Shown here piece by piece: positions 11,891 through 23,620 of a stretch of 64,000 bases of DNA. Origin of the DNA: Owenia fusiformis (Eukaryota); the NCBI GenBank assembly GCA_903813345.2, contig CAIIXF020000001.1, forward strand, positions 24,614,001 through 24,678,000, given 5' to 3'. The notes beneath the pieces are model-generated. The model was not told the DNA's origin. It saw only the letters and a program-made list of their open reading frames with translations, and did not search any database. Numbering within the stretch: the stretch's first letter is position 1; every line of letters starts with the position of its first letter. The position numbers and the translations under genes were made by a program.

Positions 11891-13196
11891 CCTAATGGTT
11901 TTACGTACTGACAAAGAAGGCCGTTCAGTTTTATTATATTATATGGGATTACAAAATCACCAGCTGCAATTCTGGCTGCATCAAGAGTTGTTCACTCAGC
12001 TTTATAAAACTTGGGTGGTTCCTCACTCTCAACAGTGGAAGAAAGCAGCAAATACTAACCCTTCCCAAAACAAGGTCTCCTATCTGTGAAAAATGAATTT
12101 TGCAAGAGGCAAGTGGGGTAGAGAATAGTAAAAAAAAAAACAATTAATGGAGACTTCTAAAAGTCATTGCATTTTTGCCTAGCCCACCAATAACAACAAA
12201 ATAGATAGATGGTGTACATAATGGAGATGTGAAAATTATCCAAGTTCCTGGATATTGTATGTTTAGAACATGTTTAAGTACATTCAACTATAAAATTTGA
12301 TACAGTATATAAACTGACAAAATGAGCACAGTAAAACAGAATACAGCAAACATTGTCACCAAAGAAAAAGAAGGAGGCAAAAACAAAGTAACTTCCAGGA
12401 TGGCAAAAACTGATGAAATGGAAATTGCCAATCCAAGAAAACACAGACAACAGTGTCAGTACTTTCAGCATTATTACTTTTAGTGACAGTGACAATGAAA
12501 TCTGACTATGATGATGATGTGTTATATAAGAACATTGCTGAATCAGGTACTGGACTAACAAAATCGTTAATGAAAATGTTCAGTGCTTCCATCAAATTTT
12601 ATGAGAAAACATCAACAAGACTAAGGAAAATTGAAGGTAAGGCTACAAAAAACAACAAAAAACAAACATGAACAAGGTAACTTTAATCAAATACATGACA
12701 AACAATATATGTCCAAACTTAGACAGTTTGGACTTAAAAAATATTATCTTGAATAAACTATAGGTGAACTCTGAAGTGACTTGTGACAGCACCCACTTTG
12801 GATGAAATCTACCAATCAGTGATAAGGGGATTCTCACTGCCTCTAGGCAGGAGATAAGACTGGAGCCATACAACAATGAGAGACGGCAAACTATTAGGAA
12901 GAGAAAGACCAGTCTTCTAAAAGAAAGAGAAACTGTGAGACATTGTGAGAGTGTGCAACAACTACAGATGGTACAAGAGCTGCAAAAGGAGCAAGAGAAG
13001 AGACTAGCTTTAGAGAACAGTGGACAGTCAACAATATCCTTAACTATACTGCTAGGAACTATAATGCGCATTACGCAGAGAAAACTCTTATTATCAAACA
13101 ATTGTAATTACTTTTGATCATCAATCATCAATATATATTTCCGTCCAAGTGTGCCAAAGATGTTTCGGTGAGGAACCATTATTTTTAATATACATA

Positions 13197-14190
13197 TTAA
13201 ATTCCCAATAATGCCAAATACGAAAAATAGACGCAAAAAACTACAAGTAGTTGGTCAAATAGTTTATTGTACCTAACTAAACTAAAACAATAAACTACAA
13301 TAGAAGTTACATAATATTATAATGCGTTAATTAATAGATGTTACGTAATAATACAATAGAAAATACATAACAGTACATTGCATTAAAGTAGTTACATAAT
13401 AGCATATAATATTATGACCTCCCAGTCCAGTACACCCTAATTCAATTAAGGGGAGGGTGGGAGGGAGCATTAGCTAAAAATAGTACATGTTTAGTGCTTG
13501 GCTGCAGTAGCTGAAGTGATTAGATGATCTAGACATAATTAAAAGTTCATGACCTTTGCATGAACTGCAGAACCAGATGGCAACCTCTATAATTTAAATC
13601 TATTTCAACTGAAATTAAACTTAAATTCCCAATAATGCCAAATACGAAAAATAGACGCAAAAAACTACAAGTAGTTGGTCAAATAGTTTATTGTACCTAA
13701 CTAAACTAAAACAATAAACTACAATAGAAGTTACATAATATTATAATGCGTTAATTAATAGATGTTACGTAATAATACAATAGAAAATACATAACAGTAC
13801 ATTGCATTAAAGTAGTTACATAATAGCATATAATATTATGACCTCCGAACCCAAACTTGATGTTAAGTAGAAGTAGTAGAAGGTAGGTTAGTTGAAAAAG
13901 ATTTTGCCATCTCTACTTTTGAAGCTACAGGTAATTCAAGATAAACCTTATATGCGTCTGACTTCCAGTCACCTAGAATCTGGATGACATTAGGGGGAAG
14001 GCCTCTTTGTAGAGCCCAAGATGCACCTCCCCTCCTAAAGGAATGAGGTGAAAAACAAGTACGGTCATAACCTGCCTTAGCTAAGCATGTGCCCAGGAGA
14101 GATGAGAACAGGGAGGGGGGAAAAGGTTTACCTCTGGGCAACGTAAGGGGGGTTGTCTGGGCTGGAGGGGAAAGTAATAGCAAGGGCAGA
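13197..14190 (-). mobile_element. 3' end of a Ngaro-type (DIRS order) retrotransposon, 5'-truncated
   Basis: Recombinase C-terminus followed by identical 226-bp direct repeats (13621-13846, 13197-13422) separated by a 198-bp spacer, matching the B1-A2-B2 split-direct-repeat layout. Confidence 0.85.
13863..14183 (-). pseudogene. DIRS/Ngaro tyrosine recombinase, C-terminal fragment
   Basis: HSFRRGGASWA...IQILGDWKSDAYKVYL holds the catalytic H-x-x-R, W and Y; the N-terminal half is missing. Confidence 0.92.
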
Positions 14191-14479
14191 TAGTAGTGAC
14201 TTAAAATTCCAGGTTCACCCCTAAAGATGCCAGATTAACAGTAAATTGTATGACAGGTGGAGCAGTTACTCCAGACATATTTACTCCTACTTTGGTAATA
14301 ACAAACAAGCAGTATGAAGGAAATGTAAACAACCATTTGACAATCACAAACAAACTTACATAAATGCAAACAACCAGAAGAACAAATTGAAATTGAAGAC
14401 GTAACATTTACCATCCAGACAAGCCCAGGGTAGGAGGCAGAGAAGTAATTTGCGATACCAGCTCAGGATACCTCCATAT

Positions 14480-15580
14480 CAGAGTTTCAGATCCTCAGTA
14501 AAACAATACTACATGTAGTATGAATGGCAAGTTTATTTGAAAAATTACTCGTATGAGTTTTTACTAGTTTTTTCAAAAAATTACTTGTAATTTAAAGTAA
14601 ATAACTTGTGCGAAAACTCCAGGGCCTACAGAGGACCCCCTTGGTTTAGGCCTTCAACTTCCTACTGACTCCCTGGACTGACACTTCCTTTGCTGGCATT
14701 GTCCTTTTTAACAGGAATTTGTCCATTTACATTTATTGATGTATGTCACATTTATGCACAATATTATAATAAATATGCAATACATATTCACAATTCTTTA
14801 ATTGAATCACTGCAAACACTAGAATTGTTATATTCATGAACTCAGTCTGATTCTGAATTAAATCTTGCTGAATTGGCAAGCCATACTCTTCACTTCCGGT
14901 TTTTCGGCAAGGATAAATAACTCAGTATTTCTCAAATACTGTTGATTAACTGTCATTTTCACTTCAGATTTATCTTCTCTAAGGTATGTTAGTTCATGGT
15001 ATTTTATTCTGATTATGTCTTGAGAAGATTTTTGGGGTTTTATAGAAGGGATAATAGATTATTTGCTCTGGGTTGAATTCTAAAATTTAAATTTTTTGGC
15101 GCAAAGCTTCGACTAGGCCCCTAAATGGGCGAATCTTAGTCTCCAACTGGTTCAAGCGCTCAGTAAAAGGGTTTTTAGAGATCACAGATCCCAGAATGTC
15201 ACTGGACACTGCATAATGCGTGAGTTAGGGATACAGGTTAATTGCGCAGAACATTTACAATATAGATTTTACAGGCAACTTTTCCCCGGGGTTATATCCA
15301 GGCTTATATCATGTTTGCGCGGGAAATACACCTGAAGTCTCCCGAAAAAGTTATGATTGGAAAAAGTTTTAAACTTTTTTGAAATAACGTCTATATTTGA
15401 CAAAACGTGTGGTTAAAAGTAGAAGTAAAGCTACAAACAAATAAGTTGAGTGAGAGGAAATACTACGAGTTTCGAGATCATGCCATACTCGTACCAATGG
15501 CAAGTATTTTGAAATTATTTCTAGTATTTGACAAATTACTCGTCAAATTACGAGTATACGAGTGGGGATCTGAACCTCTG
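14480..15580. mobile_element. Non-autonomous hAT-type element
   Basis: TIR CAGAG(T/G)TTCAGATCC(T/C)CA; perfect 8-bp TSD CTCCATAT (14472-14479, 15581-15588); subterminal TACTCGTA-like motifs. Confidence 0.88.
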
Positions 15581-16235
15581 CTCCATATCTCTTGATATTT
15601 TTCTTCAGCTATCATTTCCAATTTGATTACAATCCATGGGGATTAGGTATTCAAAGTCAGGGGGGGGGGGATGTTATAAAAATGTTCTTTTGTTTATTGT
15701 CTACCCCCCTTAACAAATCATGATTTTTAATTAGTATCAGTTGAAGATTCTTACATAATTCTGAATGTCTTAACTGAATTTCTTCACTTTATGCACCAAT
15801 TCAACCTTCATTCAACCTCTCGTAAGATATAAATTGAGGTCCGCTTATTCAAAATTCAACAAATGCCGCTAAGACTACCGAGGATTAAGGAAATAAATTA
15901 GTCTTATCATATGAGGAAAGTTGATCTGAACATGTTAGTTACTTCCGTTTCATCATGCCAATTGACAACCTTAAGACAATATTGTCTCAAATGCCAAGTT
16001 CAAGATGGGGAAAATTAGCAATTACCCTAGGTTACTATTTTGGAAAGACAAACATTGTTAATTGTAGTCAGCAAAACATTAAGGATTTTTTGCCTGAGCC
16101 ATATGTGCAGTTGAAACATCAACCTTATGTTACATGCACAGCAGATGCAAGTATTGTAACTGTGAGTAGTACCCCAGTTTCATCTTCATTTTCATTAATG
16201 CACCCCAAGATGGTACCCCAACAATTCAAGCCTGA

Positions 16236-16710
16236 TGGCCTAGTCACATAGCCCGGCCGATGTCCGGCATCGGTAGAGCTCGGTGGATTTTTTTGGTGCC
16301 ACCGAGCTCTCCTCATCGGAAGCAGAGCTCGGTGACGTGAACGGACTCCGTCCGGACATCTTCAGGTACTATACTTTCCAAGGCTATGTCCCACATCGGC
16401 CGGAGCTCGGTCGGAGCTCGGCCGGTGTCCGTTAAAAAAACCTCGTCCTCTGGTTGTCTCAGATGCACGGGACACCGACCGATACTCGGCCGTGCACCGG
16501 CCGACGTGTGTTCTGATGTGGTTACGATGGGGCTGCGATGAGGGAGCTCGGTGAGAGCCCGGTGAAATTTAACTCCGAAGTTAAAATTTCACCGAGCTGC
16601 CACCGATGCGGTTTTAAGCAACAAACGCCACGGATGTCCAGCCGGTGTTCGGTGAAAATTGCATCGCTGGCTCATCGGAACCTCATCGGCCGGGCTATGT
16701 GACTAGGCCA
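16236..16710. mobile_element. GC-rich MITE, probably PIF/Harbinger
   Basis: Perfect 27-bp TIR TGGCCTAGTCACATAGCCCGGCCGATG; flanks TGA / TTA (imperfect 3-bp TSD); internal GAGCTCGG repeats. Confidence 0.85.
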
Positions 16711-18224
16711 TTACAAAACAGCATGCATGATTTCATGTCTTAAATGTCTCTAGAAGTCTCAAATATCTGGAAGGATGTCAGGCCAGTTTTCACCCAGGCT
16801 GATGCACTGGAGAATATTATTGGTAGGATAGTGCACCTTGAGAATGAGAACTTGGGAGCTGAAGCGGAGAGTAATTTCTGTTGAGCAGGATAGCACTGCT
16901 TCAAGGGGAATAGGTATGTTGCCATAAAAAGTTGTAGTCAGAACGCACAATACAGTAAAAAAAAAGATCCGAGTTCTAGGAACTCCTGAAACCCAAGATG
17001 AAAGTAGATTTCAACTTATATATATCTAGCACTTTAACAGCTAAGCAATTAACAACCACTAATCTTGATCTTACGAGAGAAAAGAAATTTTATTTAATAG
17101 AATAAGAAGTGATTTTATTTTTACAGGTCATCAGGTTTTTCAGGGCATTGAAAGTCCTAAATGCATCTGTGGTTTCAATCAACAAAATACAAAGCATCTA
17201 CTCTTCAAATGCCCTCTGAAAGAGAGTAACTTTGGGGAACTGCGAGCATGCCAGAAATTATTTTTTTTCTTTACAGGATGTTCGTTAGAACAAAAGCTAA
17301 ACATTTTACTGTATGCCAGAGATGAAGTTAGCACAACATGCAATTCTTTAGTTTTGAAGTATTTTATAACCTTTTTGTGTGAGTGTATTGAAATTATGTT
17401 CAATATTATGTTCGTTGTCATTTTGTTTTGAACAATAATGCTGAATTCAGCTTAAGGCCCTGTCATTTGTATGCTAATTAATGTGTATGTTAATTAAAGA
17501 AATCAAAAAAACTAAAACTAAACGTATAACAATCCACAATGTACAGGCTGGGCCAATAAAAATTGGAACATTTTTCTTTTTATTCAGTTGTCTTTATTCT
17601 GTGTGTGTCATGAAAAATTTCCAAATTTTTACTGCTTAAAGGGTGACGCATATCGTTTAGCAAATCGAACGCTCGTTTCTGGTGTTGCTCACCGTTTAGT
17701 ATAAAAGGCCCAATCCCGGAATAATACTCAAGGGTTCACAGGTTCGAGGTCGTTGTGTCAACACCTCTAACTGTTATATAGCATAAGTATATTATAGATC
17801 GTCACACATTTATAAAAGGGTGATTTTTATTTTGACAAATCAATTCCACATTTATGGGTGAAGTTTCAGGATCTTCTATTTGTGTATAATAAGGAAAAAT
17901 TGGCATCTAAATTTCCCCATAACGTAATAGCACACAGCTTGGCATATGAAATATCCTACAAATGAAACAAAGCAAGACAAACCGGTTTCTAATACAAGAA
18001 TTTATATTGGCTGTTGTACATGTATTATTTGAACGCATTATTTGTCATGTATTTGATAAAGTTTTCAAAATCATTATAAACGGATTACTTTATCTCAAAG
18101 ACAATTTCAATAAACTGGATTTTACAGAACTCCCCTTATTTCTTAATAAAAATGGACTGATCCAGTTGATTCGCCTGGAGCCGCCATATTGTTTTTATAC
18201 GGGATGCTAATCGGAACCCTTTAA

Positions 18225-18885
18225 GACATCACTGCTGAAAATACAGTATCTTTCATACCATACAATATGCACCCTTCAGATGGTCTCAACACAATTTCTA
18301 TCAATTAAAACGTAGTTATCTCTAGGGGAAGCAAGACATGTCTCCATTGGGATAATATAGCTTAACTGACCTATTGGCACAATATGTCTCAAAACCTGTG
18401 ATTTAAGCCATATATGACTGTCAAATACAGCTAAGATTGATTGTTCAGGTGGGCGAAGGACATGTTCAGGAAACCCTTGCGTTGAGTAAAAATAATGGAA
18501 CATTTTTCCATCAATTGTAACTTTTCTTTTAGTCATGTATTATCTTCAATACTTTAGGAAATTGAAAAACAATTCATTGTCAACAGCTTGTACAAATATG
18601 AATAAACAAGCTCAACATTTAATTACATGAACATGTCCTCCACCCACCTGAACAATCAGTCTGAGCTGTATTTGACAGTCACGCATGGCTTAAATGATAG
18701 GTTTGAGACATATTGTGCCAGTTTTGACAAAAGCTGAGGTCAGTTAAGCTATATTATCCAAGGGAGGCATGTCTAGCTTCTTCTGGAGATAACTATATAT
18801 GTTTTAATTGATGGAAATTGTGTTGAGACCATTTGAAGGTCATATATTGTATGGTATGAGATACTGTATTTTGAGCAATGATGTC
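18225..18885. mobile_element. Old long-TIR MITE (TTAA-flanked, Kolobok-like)
   Basis: Diverged ~250-bp inverted arms (~18225-18468 vs ~18627-18885); flanks TTAA / TCAA. Confidence 0.7.
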
Positions 18886-19631
18886 TCAAGCAGAGATAAA
18901 TTTGGAAATTTTTCATGATGCACACAGTATACAGATCATGACCATGACAAACCAAAAATAGTCATACAAACATATTTGTATCTTTAATATTTTCACAAAT
19001 AATTATTTTACCATTATATGAATTTTTGTGAACTGAGGCCTCATTATCCGGTCGACGCACCGCAAATCGCAATCGCAACGTAAATATTTAGCGAATCGTA
19101 CGCAAAACTATATTATGAGGTCATCTCAAAGGCACTCTAGCGCAAATTCATTGCCGTTTTGCGTCTTTAGCGCAAATCGCAGTTTTCTTATTACACGGTA
19201 GACGCATCGCTATTTTCATTTCGCATCGCAAATCCACTGCTAATCGCACGCAAATTGGTATTATGCAGTCATCGCACAGTTGCGTCCACGTAAATCAGTT
19301 GATTTTTATGTCGCAAACTCCACTTTATTTGTGGCATCCCTGACCCTGCCGCAATATAAATCGCAAACATATCATCAAGAATCTTGATAGTTTTCCTATT
19401 TAAATTAACATTATCGTTGTAGAAAACTAGGAAGTGCCCTTTGAGACATCCAACTAAAAATAGGTTGAAAAACATTAGAGACACAAATAACGAAAACTTA
19501 TCAAAATCAAGTCTGAAAGTGCACGATTATGCTACCTTGGTTTTGTGAAATCTATAATAAATATCGCAATTCCATTTTGCAAATATCGTCTGCTAGAATT
19601 AAAATATTAGGGTTCAATCAAGCTGGAAAAT

Positions 19632-19952
19632 ATGGCGCATATTATTCCAAGATGTTCACAATAGAAGAGGTTTACGCTTATTCAGAGACAGGAGTCAGCC
19701 GTTAGAGATGACTGACGATGAGATATTAAACAGATATCGCATGCCGAGGCCACTCATTCTTGAGTTGTATTAGATGGGGATCTAGCGTCAAGAACAAGGA
19801 ATCCTCAGGCAATTCCATGTCAGCTAAAAGTATTCATTTCATTACGATTTTATGCTACAGGTTGTATGCAAATGATAAATGGAGATATATTCGGGGTATC
19901 CCAACCTACTGTTTCGAACATTGTTGCTGAGGTATCGGCGGTTTTCTCTAGG
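19632..19952 (+). pseudogene. Harbinger (HARBI1-like) transposase N-terminal remnant
   Basis: RLFRDRSQPLEMTDDEILNRYRMPRPLILELY, frameshift, then RTRNPQAIPCQLKVFISLRFYATGCMQMINGDIFGVSQPTVSNIVAEVSAVF. Confidence 0.88.
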
Positions 19953-20044
19953 TAGGCTATATCAGTCGGACTAATTACAAAGACACCGTGTCTTGTTTTC
20001 AAGATGGGCTACCTTCCAGTGACAGATCTAGATTTTCGCAAGAT

Positions 20045-20600
20045 ATATATAGGTTATGTAGTGGGAGGGATTCGATATGGGTTTTATTATGATGGACAAT
20101 ATGATATTTACCGAGAGCCCGGGGGGTCAGAGGGAAATACCAAATTGTCCCTCACAATATGTGAAATATCAAATTGTCATGAGGAATAAACCCATATTTA
20201 ATCCCGACCAGTAAATTAGCTTTTTATTCCATGATATTCATAACTGTCTTCATAAAATCATTAGTTAGATTTTTCTATGAAAAAATGGTATATTTAATCA
20301 AGAAAATATGACTTAGCTTTATGATATTTTTAAATATAAAAAAATTATTGTACATGTGTAACATAAACACATCAACATCAAAACATTCAGCAAAACGTAT
20401 GCATTTTTGTCTGTGTCAGAGCGATGATGATAAAACTGGAATTCGTTTTTCACATAAGAACATCATTTTAGCATGCTATATCGACCCAACTGATTGAAAG
20501 AGGAAGCTTTGTTTGGCAAAAATTTTCAATACGATTTTTTCTCAATATCAAAAATATTCCCGGTTATTCATCGGGAATTAGTAGTATCATGGGATAAATA
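20045..20600. mobile_element. Hairpin-bearing non-autonomous element, Crypton-like
   Basis: Starts ATAGGTTAT with an imperfect long hairpin. Internal TTATTCCATGATA (~20224) is complementary to the end TATCATGGGATAA (~20590). A second copy of the right end lies at 58383-58460 (-). Confidence 0.5.
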
Positions 20601-20982
20601 GAGATTATCCTATATGAGGTTCAGGATATTGAACTATAGGATGATCTGTTTATCCCATACCAATCTTGGTCATTTTGTTCACGCTGTTCAATTGGCCGGA
20701 GTTCAGAAAATGTCCAACCAACCGTAAGAATTCATTTAGAATAGCCTGATTTTCAGATATTCATCCACATTTATTTCTGAAATCCTTGTTTAACAGGGAT
20801 ACGCTCATTTCCTTCCTTCAAACAGATCGCGATTGTCTGCCTTTTCTCCATTAACGTTTACAGTAATTATGCGCATGTTGCAAAAATGAACCAATATGCG
20901 AACGGCGATTATGACGTCAGTATAGTATATCTGCCCGCTCAGAGCGGGACGTATAGCTATATCTGACCGCTGATGAAAATAT

Positions 20983-21316
20983 ATAGAGGTTATTTAATGG
21001 GAGGTTTTTGATACAGGGTATATCTGAGGGAAATACAATATATCAACCCGAGGGACCGTAGGGACCGAGGGTTGATATATTGTATTTACCGAGGGATATA
21101 CCTTGTATCAAAAATCGAGCATTTAATAACTGATTTATTCTATACTTAGTAGATTGTGAGGAATAATAGCAAAGTCCCCTGGCTCAGTATCTACTCCCTG
21201 AATTTATGACGTCGTAGATCTGCTGAGCGGGAGATATATATATCTCCCGCTCACGTCACATATCAGTTATATTTCCGCATGTTATATACCTATAACACTA
21301 CTAAGTATGGAATAAA
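20983..21316. mobile_element. Second hairpin-bearing non-autonomous element, Crypton-like
   Basis: ~110-bp stem-loop at 21005-21114 (AAATACAATATATCAACCC / GGGTTGATATATTGTATTT). TTTATTCTATACTTAGTAG (~21134) is complementary to CTACTAAGTATGGAATAAA (~21298). Confidence 0.55.
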
Positions 21317-21470
21317 AGTTTTTACAAACCAGCTTTATGTACCTATAACACGTCCAAGTATGGGATAAATATTTTTACATCCTTGAGATTTAAATGGATA
21401 AAACTAATTATACCATACTTGGGCGTGTTTCAGCGTGTTTCTGACGGGCTAATATATTAAGTCAAGTATA

Positions 21471-21774
21471 CACCAATGGGGAAAAATCCCACTTGCCCCA
21501 TTGAGTTCCAACTTTCCCATCGAATAACGACGGTGTTCCGTGGGAACTTGATGACTTTGCCCCATTGAGTCCCCATCATGCCCAATCAAGCCCTACGGAG
21601 TCCCATCAAATCCCACCTTGGCCCATTGGAATACGTCGAATTTTGCCCCATCGAATCCCACCTGGTCCCACGCGGTACCTCATGTGACCTCATGGGACTC
21701 GATGAGGCAAGATGGGGCAAAATCAGAGTCCAATGAAGCCCCACGGACCTCATGGAGCAAAATCCCAATAGGTC
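21471..21774. mobile_element. Small MITE rich in CCCAT/ATGGG motifs
   Basis: Imperfect ends CACCAATGGG / CCCAATAGGTC, TA on both flanks, repeated CCCA(T/C) motifs. Confidence 0.45.
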
Positions 21775-22154
21775 TATTTTGAGCTCTAAGTTTAAATTTC
21801 CCGCGTTTCCAATTTATTTGCGATTAGCATACTGTTGCGTCTGCGTTGCGTCTGCGTTTGCGTGAAGCGCGTAATACGACGCAAACCATGATTTGCGCTT
21901 GCGAATAATGTTGATTCGCAAGCGCAACGCAAATCGCAACGCTAATTTAGCGCTGACCGGATAATGAGGGCTCAGAACTGCAATAATAAAGAAAATTGAA
22001 TAAAAAGAAAAATGTTCAAAATGTTCCAATTTTTATTGGCCAACCCTGTACATTATAAATAAAACAATTGAGAATCAAAGTTCACCAGTCATATCTATAT
22101 AAGATTTAATATTTCTGAAAGGCTCTGATATTTTGGCTTGCTACTACATCTCAA

Positions 22155-22870
22155 AGGAGCACTTGGGTTATCACAAACAATTTCAGAAGGTTATATCTTG
22201 GATTTTGACTATTTTCTGACAATGAAGACATTAAGTCTATCTTTTAGATAAATTCATTATCTCAAAGAAAATTATGCACAGTATTGATAAATTCAAACAA
22301 ACTCGGAGATATTTAACTAGCAATTAACCCATCAACATACTTTTTCAAAAATGTTGACCCCATTTTCACCAAAAATGCAATCATTTTTTACAATGTTTAA
22401 TGCATTACTATTCTTTATTTTGATGTATCAAATAGTTCTTGAAAGAAAAACTTAATTGCATTAAGATAAGTGTTCCCCATGTTATTTCTCCATTGAAACA
22501 TTTCATGCTATCTATTGGTTTCAGTTCATTTTGGTCATCCAAATTGAATATCTTTAAAGTCCCTGGAGCAATCAAATTTTCCTTTTAGGAAATTGAACAT
22601 GTCTCAAAGCACATTCGAATAATGCATTCAACAATATAATAATAGGCTGCATTTTTGGTGAAAATTAGGTCAGCATTTTTGAAAAAGTATGTTGATTGGT
22701 CCATTGCCCCTTCAATATCACTTAGGTCTGATTAACTAAATTATCATTATATATACTTTTCTTGAAGATAATGAATGGATCTAAAAGATACACCCATGTT
22801 CATGATCAGAAAATATTCATAATTCAAGTTAGAATCGTTTGAAATTGTTTGCGATAACTTACGTGCTCCT
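22155..22870. mobile_element. Old foldback MITE, Kolobok-like
   Basis: Ends AGGAGCAC / GTGCTCCT; ~300-bp diverged inverted arms (CATACTTTTTCAAAAATG vs CATTTTTGAAAAAGTATG); flanks TCAA / TTCA (decayed TTAA). Confidence 0.7.
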
Positions 22871-23344
22871 TTCATCTAAACCTACAATCGGCATCATAAC
22901 AGAAACTGGCTGGCAGTGGTGAAATTCATATTTTGTGTGTGTACTGTGCTACATTTGTCAATTTACTCTGTGAGCGACCACTATTATGACTGTTCAAAAT
23001 TCTGTTCACTCCTTTTACTGCGGTCATTCAATATTCATTGGATATCTAAACACAAATACCAAAGGAAAGAGACTCAAAACCTTAAAGCAACCCAGCAAGA
23101 AAAGTTAACTCTAAGTTTAAACCTGTCATGAGAAAAATAGACCCTATATATCACTAATGGTGAAATTGTGTCTACCTACCCCCATCCCCCCTAGCAAGAT
23201 TCAATATCACAATTCAGGACCGGAACACCAAGGGACACATCGTTCATACTAAGGTAATTACAATACATGTTGAAGAAAAAATTAATTTGATTGTCAATAC
23301 TTGTTAGCTCAAAAATAGTTGTAATTACTCATAAAAGAGCATTC

Positions 23345-23620
23345 ACACGCCCAGTAATCATACAAAATGAATGGAGGGGGAAGGTGATTTCTGCAAGAAA
23401 ATTCAACAAATCTGGAAGATTTATTTTTTCAAGACAAAGTTTACAACTTTATTACCAAATGAATAGGCACAGTACATGGCAAGATATGTAAGGTCTTCTA
23501 GTATTTTTTTAACTTATACCCTTCTAAGAAGTGAGATCTATTAAAAAATGTGCATCGTCACTAATGCTTTTGCTATAAATCAGGCAACAAGGGTCTACAA
23601 AACCTGTAATAAATAGGTAT
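23345..23620 (+). repeat. Diverged dispersed repeat with coding-like character (copy 1)
   Basis: Aligns by eye with 48930-49215 (-): GAAATTCAAC..GATTTATTTTTTCAAGA..AAATGAATAGGC..AGGTCTTCT..GATCTATTAAAAA..TTTTGCTATAAATCA(G/A)GCAACA. Confidence 0.75.

Larger units (their letters stand above)
19037..21971 (+). mobile_element. PIF/Harbinger transposon, internally deleted, with nested inserts
   Basis: TIR G(G/C)CCTCATTATCCGGTC; subterminal CGCAAATCGCAA repeats at both ends; transposase remnant inside; flanks TGA/TCA are imperfect. Confidence 0.85.
17544..22048. mobile_element. Tc1/mariner-type non-autonomous element expanded by nested insertions
   Basis: TIR CAGG(C/G)T(G/T)GGCCAATAAAAATTGGAACATTTT at both ends, with TA on both flanks. 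Confidence 0.8.

Noticed and set aside
12300-13120. Possible CXXC finger or continuation of the recombinase gene
   Set aside because: The composition is coding-like, but too many edits are needed to recover a motif.
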